From contig NZ_JAQNDL010000003.1 in NCBI RefSeq assembly GCF_028368995.1, positions 352,001 through 416,000 of the forward strand: a DNA stretch of 64,000 bases. The letters are read 5' to 3'. How positions within the stretch are numbered: the first letter of the stretch is position 1; every line of letters begins with the position of its first letter. The notes beneath the pieces were generated by a model that saw only the letters and a list, made by a program, of their open reading frames with translations, did no database searches and was not told the origin of the DNA. The DNA comes from Nannocystis bainbridge. Its GTDB lineage: Bacteria > Myxococcota_A > Polyangia > Nannocystales > Nannocystaceae. The position numbers were made by a program, and so were the translations under genes. Of this stretch, positions 25,746-36,771 are shown one piece after another.

Positions 25746-27614
25746 ATGGATACGTTCGCTTCCACAAATTCGACCTCCCAGCGCGAGCTCATCGAATCGG
25801 TCGTGATTCGCTTCGCCGGCGACTCCGGCGATGGCATGCAGCTCACCGGCTCCCAGTTCTCGGACACGACCGCGCTGATGGGTAACGACCTGTCGACGCT
25901 GCCCGACTTCCCGGCGGAGATCCGCGCCCCCGCGGGCACGACCTTCGGCGTGTCGGGCTTCCAGGTCCACTTCGCCGCGCACGACATCATGACGCCGGGC
26001 GACGCGCCCGACGTGCTGGTGGCGATGAACCCGGCGGCGCTGAAGGTCAACCTGCGCGACCTCAAGCCGGGCGGCCTGCTCGTCGTCAACACCGGCGCCT
26101 TCACGGCGGGCAACCTCAAGAAGGCCGGCTACGACAAGAACCCGCTCGACGACAGCAGCCTCGACGGCTACCGCCTGCTCAAGATCGACATCACCAAGCA
26201 CACGCTGCAGTCGGTGGAGTCGTTCGGCCTCGGCAACAAGGAGGCCGTGCGCGCCAAGAACATGTGGACGCTCGGCCTGATGATGTGGATGTTCGGCCGC
26301 GAGCGCGAGAGCACCGCCGAGTGGTTGCGCGGCAAGTTCGCCAAGAACCCGGCCGTCGCCGACGCCAACATCGCCGCGCTCAACGCCGGCCACGTCTACG
26401 GCGAGACCGCCGAGATGCCGCAGGGCATCCACGCCTACGAGGTCCCCAAGGCCAAGCTGCAGGAGGGCCACTACCGCAACGTCACCGGCAACGAGGCGAC
26501 CGCGTGGGGCCTGCTCGCCGGCGGCAAGCTGGCCGGCCTCGAGCTCATGCTCGGCAGCTACCCGATCACGCCGGCCTCGACGATCCTGCACTACCTGTCG
26601 AACCTGCGCGCCTACGGCATCACCACCTTCCAGGCCGAGGACGAGATCGCGGCGGTGTGCGCCGCGATCGGGGCCTCGTACGCCGGCGCGCTCGGCATCA
26701 CCACCACCTCGGGTCCCGGCCTCGCGCTCAAGACCGAGGCGATCGGCCTCGCGGTCACGACCGAGCTCCCGCTCATCATCGTCGACGTCCAGCGCGGCGG
26801 CCCCTCGACCGGCCTGCCGACCAAGACCGAGCAGAGCGACCTCCTCTTCGCCATCTACGGCCGCAACGGCGACTGCCCGCTGGTCGTGCTGGCCGCCTCG
26901 ACGCCCGGCGACTGCTTCACCATGGCGATCGAGGCCGTGCGCCTCGCCACCAAGTACATGACCCCGGTCATCCTCCTGACCGACGGCTTCCTCGCCAACA
27001 GCGCCGAGCCGTGGAAGATCCCGGACATCAGCAGCTTCGAGCCCTTCCCGGTCAAGCAGCGCACCGACCCGGTCGGCTTCCACCCGTTCCTGCGCGACCC
27101 GCAGACGCTCGCGCGCAACTGGGCCATCCCCGGCACCCCCGGCCTCGAGCACCGCATCGGCGGCCTCGAGAAGAGCTACGACTCCGGCAACATCTCCTAC
27201 GACCCGGACAACCACCACAAGATGGTCAAGGTCCGCGCGGCCAAGGTCGCCGGCGTCGCCGAGGACGTCCCGCTGCAGGCGATCGACCAGGGCGAGGACA
27301 GCGGCGACCTGCTCGTGGTCGGCTGGGGCTCGACCTTCGGCGCCATCAGCTCGGCGGTGCTCGGCGCGCGCAAGGCCGGCCTCAAGGTCTCGCACGCGCA
27401 CATCCGCTACATGCACCCGATGCCGAAGAACCTCGGCGAGGTGCTGCGGCGCTTCAAGCACGTCCTCGTGCCCGAGATGAACAACGGCATGCTGGTCAAG
27501 ATCCTGCGCAGCGACTTCTTGATCGACGCGCGCGGCCTCAACAAGATCGCCGGTCAGCCCTTCAAGATCGCCGAGATCGAGGCCGAGATCCGCGGCCTCC
27601 TCGCCTCCTCCTGA
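25746..27614 (+). CDS. korA: 2-oxoacid:ferredoxin oxidoreductase alpha (gamma-alpha fusion)
   Basis: RFAGDSGDGMQ, PAEIRAP, YPITPAS, QAEDEIAA, QRGGPSTGLPTK. Confidence 0.93.
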   Translation: MDTFASTNSTSQRELIESVVIRFAGDSGDGMQLTGSQFSDTTALMGNDLSTLPDFPAEIRAPAGTTFGVSGFQVHFAAHDIMTPGDAPDVLVAMNPAALKVNLRDLKPGGLLVVNTGAFTAGNLKKAGYDKNPLDDSSLDGYRLLKIDITKHTLQSVESFGLGNKEAVRAKNMWTLGLMMWMFGRERESTAEWLRGKFAKNPAVADANIAALNAGHVYGETAEMPQGIHAYEVPKAKLQEGHYRNVTGNEATAWGLLAGGKLAGLELMLGSYPITPASTILHYLSNLRAYGITTFQAEDEIAAVCAAIGASYAGALGITTTSGPGLALKTEAIGLAVTTELPLIIVDVQRGGPSTGLPTKTEQSDLLFAIYGRNGDCPLVVLAASTPGDCFTMAIEAVRLATKYMTPVILLTDGFLANSAEPWKIPDISSFEPFPVKQRTDPVGFHPFLRDPQTLARNWAIPGTPGLEHRIGGLEKSYDSGNISYDPDNHHKMVKVRAAKVAGVAEDVPLQAIDQGEDSGDLLVVGWGSTFGAISSAVLGARKAGLKVSHAHIRYMHPMPKNLGEVLRRFKHVLVPEMNNGMLVKILRSDFLIDARGLNKIAGQPFKIAEIEAEIRGLLASS

Positions 27615-27627
27615 AAGTTCCACGCCG

Positions 27628-28677
27628 ATGACGCCCCTCGACCCTCCGAACCCGCCGCTGACCCGCAAGGACTTCACCTCCGACCAGGAGGTCCGCTGGT
27701 GCCCCGGTTGTGGTGACTACGCGATCCTCGCGGCGGTTCAGCGCATGCTCCCCGAGCTCGGGGTGCGGCGCGAGAACACCGTGTTCATCTCCGGCATCGG
27801 CTGCTCGAGCCGGTTTCCGTACTACATGAACACGTACGGCTTCCACACGATCCACGGCCGCGCGCCCGCGGTCGCCACCGGCCTCAAGCTCGCCAACCCG
27901 CAGCTCGACGTCTGGCTGATCACCGGCGACGGCGACGGCCTCAGCATCGGCGGCAACCACCTGATCCACGTCCTGCGGCGCAACCTCAACCTGCAGATCA
28001 TCCTGTTCAACAACCGGATCTACGGGCTGACCAAGGGCCAGTACTCGCCGACCTCGCTGCTCGGCAAGCGCTCGCCGTCGTCGCCGATGGGCTCGGTCGA
28101 CAACCCGATCGCCCCGGCCGCGTTCGCGCTCGGCTGTGGCGCGCGCTTCGTCGCCCGCGGCGTCGACACCGACGCCAAGAACCTCATCAACACCCTCAAG
28201 CGCGCCCACGAGTTCCAGGGCACCGGCTTCGTCGAGGTGTTCCAGAACTGCCCGGTCTTCAACGACGGCGCGTTCGACCACTTCACCGCCAAGGACGTCG
28301 CGGCGCAGCAGCAGCTGCACCTCGAGCACGGCAAGCCGATGCGCTTCGGCGACGGCAAGGGCCTGCGCCTGCGCCCCGGCAGCCTCGACATCGAGGTCGT
28401 CACCGTCGGCGAGAACGAGGTCACCGAGGCCGACCTGCTGGTGCACGACGAGACCAACCGGTCCCAGGCGTTCCTGCTCGCCAACCTCGACCCGCCGACC
28501 TTCCCGGTCGCCGTCGGCGTGCTGTTCTGCAGCGACGAGAACCTGGTCCCGTTCGAGGTCGGCACGCACGAGCAGAACAAGCAGGCGCGCGCCCGCGGGC
28601 TCGGCGATCTCAACGCCCTCATGCGCAAGGGTCACACGTGGAAGGTCGACGCCGACCACGGTGACGAGGCCGGCTGA
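27628..28677 (+). CDS. korB: 2-oxoacid:ferredoxin oxidoreductase beta
   Basis: WCPGCGD, SGIGCSSR, HGRA, TPP motif GDGDGLSIGGNH..NN, QNCPVFN. Confidence 0.93.
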   Translation: MTPLDPPNPPLTRKDFTSDQEVRWCPGCGDYAILAAVQRMLPELGVRRENTVFISGIGCSSRFPYYMNTYGFHTIHGRAPAVATGLKLANPQLDVWLITGDGDGLSIGGNHLIHVLRRNLNLQIILFNNRIYGLTKGQYSPTSLLGKRSPSSPMGSVDNPIAPAAFALGCGARFVARGVDTDAKNLINTLKRAHEFQGTGFVEVFQNCPVFNDGAFDHFTAKDVAAQQQLHLEHGKPMRFGDGKGLRLRPGSLDIEVVTVGENEVTEADLLVHDETNRSQAFLLANLDPPTFPVAVGVLFCSDENLVPFEVGTHEQNKQARARGLGDLNALMRKGHTWKVDADHGDEAG

Positions 28678-28892
28678 GCGCGCTGGCTCGCGCACTCGAC
28701 CGTCACGTGCGTGTCTGCACGACGCTCGCGGGCCTCGGCCGTTCGCGCGTCGCTGACGACCGCGCACGACCGTCTGCGACGGCATCGGCGTGAAACTACG
28801 CGCGCGGCGCGAGAGCGCGGCGCGCGTACTTTTTGCGAAGAATCAACCACGCGCCCCTGTCGTCGGACCCATTGATTCCACAGGATCGAGTC

Positions 28893-29852
<960 letters not shown>

Positions 29853-29861
29853 GCCGCCCGG

Positions 29862-29941
29862 GGACCTGTCGCTTCAGCCAGGTCCCATCGCACATGGCCA
29901 TCAGGCCATGAATCTACGGACAGGTTCTTCGGGACCTGTCC
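29862..29941. repeat. 14-bp-period array (6 units) filling a convergent gap
   Basis: Cores CCTG 29865, CAGG 29879, CATG 29893, CATG 29907, CAGG 29921, CCTG 29935. Confidence 0.92.
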
Positions 29942-29947
29942 GTTCGT

Positions 29948-30208
29948 TCATCCGCGCCAGCGGACCAGCCGCGCCTGCCCGCTGTGCTTCAGCACCCGCG
30001 CCAGCTTGAGCAGCTCGCCGGCCACCCACGCGTCCTCGGGCGCGGGCGCGAGGATCGCCTGGCCGGCCGCGTCCCACGTCAGCTCGGCGGCGACGGTCGT
30101 CCCGTCGGCCACGAACACGCGCGCTTGATAGCGCAGCGGCTCGCTGGCTTCGCGTTCGCACACGAAGCGCGCGCCGGCGGTGGGGTGCAGCTCCTGACTC
30201 GAGACCAC
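29948..30208 (-). CDS. Small hypothetical protein
   Basis: GAGGAG RBS about 7 nt before GTG; protein-like C-terminus ELLKLARVLKHSGQARLVRWRG. Confidence 0.65.
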   Translation of the reverse strand: MVSSQELHPTAGARFVCEREASEPLRYQARVFVADGTTVAAELTWDAAGQAILAPAPEDAWVAGELLKLARVLKHSGQARLVRWRG

Positions 30209-30219
30209 GGCCACGCTCC

Positions 30220-30975
30220 TCAGAACCGCAGGCCCAGGCCCGTGGGCGCCTCGCCGCGCGTGGGCCCGATGTTGCCGAGCTCGGACGGCCCGTTCGCCTT
30301 GCTCTGGCTCACCAGCACCCCGGCCGTCACGCCGCCGGCGACCGCGAGCACGCCGACGACGATCACGCCCCAGAACCAGCCCTTCTTGTAGACCGGCTGC
30401 TTGCTCGGCGGCGGCGCGTCGCCCCCGCGCGGCGGCGCGGTCTCGACGGCCTCGGACGGCCCCTCCGGCGTCGCCGCGGCCGGCGTGCGCGCGGCGATCT
30501 CCGCCAGCTGCTCGTCGATCTTGGCGATCTGCGCCTCGGCGTCGTCGCGCTGCTCCTGATCCATCTTCGGATCGTCGGCCAGCGCCTTGAGGTAGTTCTG
30601 GAACAGCCGCCGAGCCTTGCGCAGGTTGCCGGCGTCGCTCGAGAGCCCGTACCACTGGGTGTAGGCCAGGCCGAGGTTGTAGAGCAGGTAGGGGTGGTTC
30701 GACAGCGCGTAGCTGCGCTCGAAGTGGACGATCGCCTGCTCGTAGTTGCCGAGCGCGTAGGCCTGCGTGCCGGCCTTGTACTCGACCGCAGGATCGTCCG
30801 ACAGCGGCACCTTCGACGTCGCCTTGTCGCCCTCGCCTGCTGTCCCGGAGGACCTGTCCCCAGAGACAGCCGGCTCGTCGGCCACGCGCGCGCGCGCGCC
30901 GGCCGGAGTGAACACGATCGCCCCCGCCAGCGCGACGGCGAGCGAGGGACCCGAGGACCGCGCAAGCAGGTTCAC
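30220..30975 (-). CDS. Secreted/membrane TPR protein (myxobacterial type)
   Basis: Signal ..PAGARA, TPR YKAGTQAYALGNYEQAIVHFERSY..LLYNLG, PVYKKGWFWG plus TM segment, GLGLRF end. Confidence 0.75.
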   Translation of the reverse strand: MNLLARSSGPSLAVALAGAIVFTPAGARARVADEPAVSGDRSSGTAGEGDKATSKVPLSDDPAVEYKAGTQAYALGNYEQAIVHFERSYALSNHPYLLYNLGLAYTQWYGLSSDAGNLRKARRLFQNYLKALADDPKMDQEQRDDAEAQIAKIDEQLAEIAARTPAAATPEGPSEAVETAPPRGGDAPPPSKQPVYKKGWFWGVIVVGVLAVAGGVTAGVLVSQSKANGPSELGNIGPTRGEAPTGLGLRF

Positions 30976-31088
30976 GCCGCGAGCGTGCCATCGCCCGTCG
31001 GCAAATGCCACACCCCGCCCCGGACCGCCGGGCGCGCCTTGCGCTGATTGCGCCATCCGCATCACGACAACCTGGCCTTCGGGCCAGC

Positions 31089-32189
31089 TCAGACGTTGAA
31101 GCGGAAGTGCATCACGTCGCCGTCCTGGACCACGTACTCCTTGCCCTCGACGCGGAGCAGGCCCTTGGACTTGACGGCGGCTTCGGAGCCGAGCCGGACC
31201 AGATCCTCCCAGCCCTGGACCTCGGCGCGGATGAAGCCACGCTCGAAGTCGGTGTGGATCTTGCCGGCCGCCTGGGGGGCATGGGTGCCGCGGCGGATGG
31301 TCCAGGCGCGGACCTCCTGCTTGCCGGCGGTGAAGAAGGTGATGAGGTCGAGCAGCGCGTAGGCCTGGCGGATCAGGCGGTTCAGGCCCGGCTCGGTGAC
31401 GCCGAGGCCGTCGAGGAACTCGCGCCGCTCGTCCGGCGACAGGCTGACGACCTCGGCCTCGATCGCCGCCGAGATCACCACGACCTCGGAGTTCTCGCGC
31501 GCCGCCAGCTCGACGACCTTGGCCACCAGCGGATCGGAGGTCCCGGCCGACAGCTGCGACTCGGCGACGTTGGCCGCGTAGAGCATCGGCTTGGCGGTCA
31601 GCAGCGTCAGCGACTTCATCACCTCGCGCGCCTCGTCGTCGAGCTCGATGGTCCGCGCCGGCTGGCCGCGGTTCATCGCCGCCAGCAGCTTCTCGCAGGT
31701 CGCGGCCGCCAGCTTCTCCGCCTTGTCGCCGCTCTTCGAGTTCTTGACCGCCTTCTGCAGCCGCGACTCGACCGACTGGATGTCGCGCAGCAGCAGTTCG
31801 GTGTTGATCACCTCGGCGTCGTCGACCGGGTCGACCTTGCCGTGGACGTGGACGATGCCGCCGTCGTCGAAGCAGCGGACCACGTGGACGATCGCGTCGA
31901 CGTTGCGGATGTGGCTGAGGAAGGCGTTGCCCTTGCCCTCGCCCTGGCTGGCGCCCTTGACGAGGCCGGCGATGTCGACGAACTCGACCGCCGTCGGCAC
32001 CTCTTTGTGCGGCTCGAACAGCTTGATCAGCGCGTCCATCCGCGGGTCCGGCACCGGGACCACGCCGATGTTGGGGTCGATCGTGCAGAACGGGTAGTTG
32101 GCCGCCTGAGCGCCGGCGTTCGACAGCGCATTGAACAGGGTGGACTTGCCGACGTTGGGCAGACCGACGATTCCGACAGCGAGCGACAT
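31089..32189 (-). CDS. ychF: Redox-regulated ATPase YchF
   Basis: GIVGLPNVGKSTLFNAL, ANYPFCTIDPN, DIAGLVKGAS, EGKEYVVQDGDVMHFRFNV. Confidence 0.98.
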   Translation of the reverse strand: MSLAVGIVGLPNVGKSTLFNALSNAGAQAANYPFCTIDPNIGVVPVPDPRMDALIKLFEPHKEVPTAVEFVDIAGLVKGASQGEGKGNAFLSHIRNVDAIVHVVRCFDDGGIVHVHGKVDPVDDAEVINTELLLRDIQSVESRLQKAVKNSKSGDKAEKLAAATCEKLLAAMNRGQPARTIELDDEAREVMKSLTLLTAKPMLYAANVAESQLSAGTSDPLVAKVVELAARENSEVVVISAAIEAEVVSLSPDERREFLDGLGVTEPGLNRLIRQAYALLDLITFFTAGKQEVRAWTIRRGTHAPQAAGKIHTDFERGFIRAEVQGWEDLVRLGSEAAVKSKGLLRVEGKEYVVQDGDVMHFRFNV

Positions 32190-32280
32190 GAGCCGCGGGG
32201 AGGTAGCACGATCCCCCGCGGTCCGCGAACCGGGTTTTCACACAAGCGCGCCGCTCGCGCGGGCGCGCCGGGGCGCGACC

Positions 32281-33015
32281 TCAGAACCGGTGTTCGACGA
32301 TGAGCGGCAGGACTTCCATGCCGATCAGGAAGTTGGCGTTGGTCTCCGGCGGGCGGGCCAGCGGGCGATCGCGGGAGATGGTGAAGCCGAGGACGACGTT
32401 CACGTCGAGCCCCAGCGCCAGGTTGCGCAGCAGGAAGATCCGCAGGCCGCCGCCGCCGCGCACGCTCATCGACCAGGTGCGCTCGCGCGACTGCTGGCGC
32501 GACTCGGTGAGGTACGGGTACCACCACGCGCCGCCGTTCAGGCCCACGCGGGCGATCGGCACCAGGTACGGGTGCTCCTTGAGGAACCACTTGTGGGCGT
32601 AGCCGAGGCCGAGGTCGAAGCCCGCCACGGTGCCGCGGTTGCACGAGCCCAGCGACGCACCGAGGCCGCACTCCGGCAGGCGGAAGGTGTGCCAGTCGCC
32701 GCGGTCGAGCAGGCCGGCGATCTGCACGTAGACCCAGTGCGCCTTGTAGAGCTGGCGCTCGTACTGGAAGCCGATGCGGACCCGCGGCAGGTAGCCGGCG
32801 AAGCCGACCTGGACCGGCAACAGCGCGGTGATCGCGTTGCCGCCGATGATGTTCTCCGGCAGCTCGAAGCCCCGCTTCGGGCCGCTGGCCGAGCCGCTGG
32901 CGCCGCTGGAGTCGACCTTGCCGCCGACGGTGACCGGCGCGGCCTCGGCAGCCCGCGGCAGCAGCGCCAGGGCGCACAGCAGGGTCCACAGCACGAACAG
33001 CTTGCGATGGGTCAT
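32281..33015 (-). CDS. Putative outer-membrane beta-barrel protein
   Basis: Signal peptide, alternating amphipathic strands, terminal Phe (IVEHRF). Confidence 0.7.
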   Translation of the reverse strand: MTHRKLFVLWTLLCALALLPRAAEAAPVTVGGKVDSSGASGSASGPKRGFELPENIIGGNAITALLPVQVGFAGYLPRVRIGFQYERQLYKAHWVYVQIAGLLDRGDWHTFRLPECGLGASLGSCNRGTVAGFDLGLGYAHKWFLKEHPYLVPIARVGLNGGAWWYPYLTESRQQSRERTWSMSVRGGGGLRIFLLRNLALGLDVNVVLGFTISRDRPLARPPETNANFLIGMEVLPLIVEHRF

Positions 33016-33287
33016 TGAAGAGGCTCCTGGCGCATCCGGCCCGCCGGGCCGGGAGGACGGGCGGGACCCGGAGAGAGATCCGGGTCCGGCGGCGTCACCG
33101 CCTGCGCGGGCGCGCCCGCAAGGGTAGCACCGCACCCGCGGGCGCCAGCAAATTCCCGGCGATGCCGGCAGTGCGGCCGACCGGACGCGGGCTGGCGCAC
33201 AATTTCCCGCCCCCGGGTGCGCCTGCGCGTCGCAGCGCGTCGATCGCGGAAATAAGGCCGACCCGCCGGTGTTACGCTTGTCGTCCC

Positions 33288-33518
33288 ATGCGTCGTGACG
33301 TCCGCGAACTGCTCGCGCTGATCGCCGCCGGCCTCGTCCTCGGTGCGCTGCACCTGGCTCTTCGGCCAGATCTGCCGTGGGTCCCGCCGCCCCGGGAAGA
33401 GGAGACCATGTGCGGCGAGGTCGAGCCCGACCTCGAAGCCTCCGCCGACGACGGGGCGCCCGCCTCGTTCGCCCCGGCGGCGCCGATGTCCAGCCCGGGC
33501 CCGGAGGATGTCCGATGA
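33288..33518 (+). CDS. Small membrane-anchored protein
   Basis: ELLALIAAGLVLGALHLALRPDLPW TM segment; ATGA overlap with the next gene. Confidence 0.6.
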   Translation: MRRDVRELLALIAAGLVLGALHLALRPDLPWVPPPREEETMCGEVEPDLEASADDGAPASFAPAAPMSSPGPEDVR

Positions 33519-33555
33519 GCCAGGTTCAAGAGGACATGGCCGATCGGGCATCCCG
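33504..33555. repeat. Degenerate 14-bp-period array across a gene junction
   Basis: GATG 33507, CAGG 33521, CATG 33535, CATC 33549. Confidence 0.55.
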
Positions 33556-33979
33556 GTGGCGACGCGGCGGCATCTGGGCGCTGCGCCTGGTCGTCGCCGG
33601 CGTGCTGCTCGCCGCCGCCGCGCCCAAGCTGGCCGACCCGGCCGGGTTCGCGGCCAAGCTGCCCAACTACCGCCTGTTCCCCGACCTCCTCGTCAACATC
33701 GTCGCCACCACTGCGCCGATGCTCGAGCTGTTGGCCGCGCTGGCGCTGCTGTCCGGGCGGCTGTACCGCGGCGGCGTGTGGCTGGCGGTCCTGCTGATGG
33801 CGACCTTCACGCTGCTGATCGGCTCGGCGCTGGCGCGGGGGATCGATCTCGACTGCGGCTGCTTCGGCAACGCCGTCCAGGCCGAGCCGGTGGGCGCGCT
33901 CGACCTCGTGCGCAACGTCGTGTTGCTCGGCCTCACCCTGGTCCTGGCGCTCGACCTCGGGCGTGAGCCGGCGCGGTGA
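33515..33979 (+). CDS. MauE/DoxX family membrane protein
   Basis: KLADPAGF..YRL, PMLEL, GIDLDCGCFG, RN motif. Confidence 0.9.
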   Translation: MSQVQEDMADRASRWRRGGIWALRLVVAGVLLAAAAPKLADPAGFAAKLPNYRLFPDLLVNIVATTAPMLELLAALALLSGRLYRGGVWLAVLLMATFTLLIGSALARGIDLDCGCFGNAVQAEPVGALDLVRNVVLLGLTLVLALDLGREPAR

Positions 33980-34060
33980 GGAGCTTCACGCGTCCGGACG
34001 CCGGTCACCTTCCCTTCGTGACCGCGAGAGCCGCCGGGCCCGCGTGGTAGACACGCGTCG

Positions 34061-35248
34061 ATGACCGGCGTCCCGTACATCCTCTCGATCGATCACCTGC
34101 TCACCGACGAGGAGCGCCTGACCTGGCAGGCCGCGCGGGACTTCGGCGCCCGACGGATCGCCCCGGTCATCGAGCAGCACTACGAGCGCGGCAGCTTCCC
34201 GCGCGAGCTCATCCCCGAGTTCGCGGCCATGGGCTTCCTCGGCGCCCCGCTGCACGGTTACGGCTGCGCCGGCATGAACCCGGTCGCCTACGGCCTGACG
34301 ATGATCGAGCTCGAGCGGCAGGACAGCGGCATCCGCAGCTTCTGCTCGGTCCAGTCGGCGCTGGCGATGTGGCCGATCTTCGCCTACGGCGACGAGGCCC
34401 AGCGCGAGCGCTGGCTGCCCGGCATGGCCCGCGGCGAGATCATCGGCGCCTTCGGCCTGACCGAGCCGAACAGCGGCAGCGACCCCGGCTCGATGCGCAC
34501 CCACGCCCGCCAGCACGAGGCCGGCGGCGACTACGTGCTGACCGGCCAGAAGATGTGGATCACCAACAGCCCGATCGCCGACGTGCTGGTGGTGTGGGCC
34601 AAGACGCTCGACTTCGGCAGTGACACCCCGGTCATCCGCGGCTTCCTCGTCGAGCGCGGCATGGCCGGGCTGCAGACCCCGGAGACCCACGGCAAGCTCA
34701 GCCTGCGCGCCTCGATCACCGGCGAGATCGTGCTCGACGAAGTGCGCGTGCCCGCGGCCAACCTGCTGCCCGGCGTGCGCGGCCTCAAGGGTCCGCTCGG
34801 CTGCCTCACCCAGGCCCGCTACGGCATCGGCTGGGGCGCCGTGGGCGCGGCCATGAGCGTGTACGAGCGAGCCCGCGACTACACCCTCGAGCGGACCCAA
34901 TTCGGGCGCCCGATCGCCGGCTTCCAGCTCACCCAGCAGAAGCTCGTCGAGCTGCACAACGACATCGGCAAGGGCCTGCTGCTCGCCTTCCACTTCGGTC
35001 GGCTCAAGCAGGACGGCAAGCTGACCCCCGAGCAGGTCTCGTACCTCAAGCGCGACAACGTGCGCATGGCCCTGGAGTCCGCCCGCACCGCCCGCTCGAT
35101 GCTCGGCGGCAACGGCATCATGGGCGAGTTTCACATCATGCGGCACCTGTGCAACCTCGAGACGGTCTTCACCTACGAGGGCACCCACGAGATCCACACT
35201 CTGGCGATCGGCCGCGCCCTGACCGGGCTGGCGGCCTTCAACGGCTGA
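34061..35248 (+). CDS. gcdH: Glutaryl-CoA dehydrogenase-like acyl-CoA dehydrogenase
   Basis: ERQDSGIRSFCSVQSAL, FGLTEPNSGSDP, KMWITN, LSLRASITG, TYEGTHEIH. Confidence 0.88.
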   Translation: MTGVPYILSIDHLLTDEERLTWQAARDFGARRIAPVIEQHYERGSFPRELIPEFAAMGFLGAPLHGYGCAGMNPVAYGLTMIELERQDSGIRSFCSVQSALAMWPIFAYGDEAQRERWLPGMARGEIIGAFGLTEPNSGSDPGSMRTHARQHEAGGDYVLTGQKMWITNSPIADVLVVWAKTLDFGSDTPVIRGFLVERGMAGLQTPETHGKLSLRASITGEIVLDEVRVPAANLLPGVRGLKGPLGCLTQARYGIGWGAVGAAMSVYERARDYTLERTQFGRPIAGFQLTQQKLVELHNDIGKGLLLAFHFGRLKQDGKLTPEQVSYLKRDNVRMALESARTARSMLGGNGIMGEFHIMRHLCNLETVFTYEGTHEIHTLAIGRALTGLAAFNG

Positions 35249-35320
35249 CGCGAACCAGCGACGTCGCCGTCACCCTCGGGGACGTCTCGCTATCGGCAGC
35301 GCTGCCCGACCGGCGCTGGC

Positions 35321-35476
35321 TCACCACGCCAGCGGGATGACGCCCTGGACCACCAGGCCGATCAGCACCAGGGACAGCGACAGAATCAGCACGAAGAACC
35401 CGGTCGATGGCGCGGCGCCCGGCGTCGCGGGCGAGGGCGCGTGGCAGGAGCAATAACCGGGGCCGTGGATCTGCAT
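35321..35476 (-). CDS. Possible small single-TM protein
   Basis: MQIHGPGYCSCH..FFVLILSLSLVLIGLVVQGVIPLAW, hydrophobic and GC3-rich. Confidence 0.5.
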   Translation of the reverse strand: MQIHGPGYCSCHAPSPATPGAAPSTGFFVLILSLSLVLIGLVVQGVIPLAW

Positions 35477-35709
35477 CGGGGCTGATTCGCAGCTTAGCAC
35501 GCCGGGCTGGGCTGCGAACAAACCGGGCCTCTCGGGCCGCCGTGCGGGCACGTGCACATGGGGCGGGCCGCCTGCGCGGCGAGCGGACGTGCCGAGCGGC
35601 GCGTCCGAGGGCCCTCGCGTCGCGGGGGCTATCGTGGTGGACCGGGCGCCGCGCGGAAAGGGCCGCGACCCTCGCCAGTCCGGTCGACTTCCGCTAGGTT
35701 AGGCGGGCC

Positions 35710-36300
35710 ATGGTCCACCCGGTCCAGAGTGTCATCGAGTCGCTGTACGCGGCCGGTCGCTGCCCCCGCCTTCACGTCGACGCGACCCATGCCTCGGTGA
35801 CGGTGCCGGACTTCATCCGCCAGCAGTGGCGAGAGCGCCTCATCATCGACCTCGACGCCAGCTATCCGCTCGACCTGGTGTTCGGCGAGACCGGCCTCGC
35901 GGCCGACCTCTCGTTCGGCGGGCAAGTGACCCGCTGTTCGTTCCCCTGGGAGTCGATCTACATCGTCACCGACCGCTCGACCGGCCGCGGCATCGTCCTC
36001 GACCGCCACGTCCCCGAGTCGGTCAAGCGCCAGGCCGCCGGTCAGCAGCCGACCCCCGCCTTCGACAGCGCGATCACCAAGCTCGAGCTGCCCACCGAGC
36101 CCAAGCCGGAGCTGCGCCGCGTCGACACCGCGCCTGCCGAGGCCGAGTCCGATGCCGACTCCGATGCCGATGGCGAGTCCGAGACCGCGGCCGAGCCGGC
36201 CGTGGCCGAAGCCGCACCGCCCGCCGCCGCGGCCAGCCCGAGCGACGATCAGGCCAAGAAGCGGCGCGCGGCCTTCCGCGTCATCGACGGCGGCGGTTGA
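35710..36300 (+). CDS. sspB: Stringent starvation protein B (ClpXP adaptor)-like
   Basis: LHVDA..VTVP, LSFGG..CSFPWESIY, acidic tail ending RAAFRVIDGGG (XB-like). Confidence 0.8.
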   Translation: MVHPVQSVIESLYAAGRCPRLHVDATHASVTVPDFIRQQWRERLIIDLDASYPLDLVFGETGLAADLSFGGQVTRCSFPWESIYIVTDRSTGRGIVLDRHVPESVKRQAAGQQPTPAFDSAITKLELPTEPKPELRRVDTAPAEAESDADSDADGESETAAEPAVAEAAPPAAAASPSDDQAKKRRAAFRVIDGGG

Positions 36301-36431
36301 TCGCCAGGCGTGGCACGCTCCTGCTCCTCCGCGCTCGCCTCGCGACCGTCGCCGCGATCGCACGACAGCCGGCCGGCCCGCGCACGGCGGGCTGACCCGG
36401 CGCTCACCCTTCGCCCCCACGGAGCCTGGCG

Positions 36432-36728
36432 ATGAAGCTCGCGGCCACCTTCGTCATCCTCTTCCTCGCCCTGCTCGCGGCGCTGTGGATCGCCTTTGTC
36501 CGGGCCCCTGCGCCGCACGAGGTGTGCCAGCGCAAGGCCGACATCCTGCGCGCCGAGGCCGGCGGCGAGCACGGCGAGGCCGTCGACAACTTGCTCGACC
36601 AGTACCGCCTCGGCTGTCGCAAGCAGGCCGAGGCGCTGCTCCAGCTGCGCGGCAAGCTCGTCTACGCGCGGCACGCCAAGTGTGTGATGGCGGCGCGTAC
36701 GTTGGCTGACGCCGAGCGGTGCGGCTGA
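36432..36728 (+). CDS. Small secreted/membrane Cys-containing protein
   Basis: GGAG RBS, N-terminal TM, four spaced Cys ending AKCVMAARTLADAERC. Confidence 0.7.
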   Translation: MKLAATFVILFLALLAALWIAFVRAPAPHEVCQRKADILRAEAGGEHGEAVDNLLDQYRLGCRKQAEALLQLRGKLVYARHAKCVMAARTLADAERCG

Positions 36729-36771
36729 GCCCTCGACCCGCCGGGCCGGACCTCTATACTCCGGCCTCGCC

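Noticed and set aside
30220-32241. 673-aa ORF as one protein
   Set aside because: The upstream part overlaps ychF in another frame; only 30220-30975 looks like a real TPR protein
36311-36325. TGGCACGCTCCTGCT as a sigma54 promoter
   Set aside because: GG-to-GC spacing is 9 nt, not the required 10
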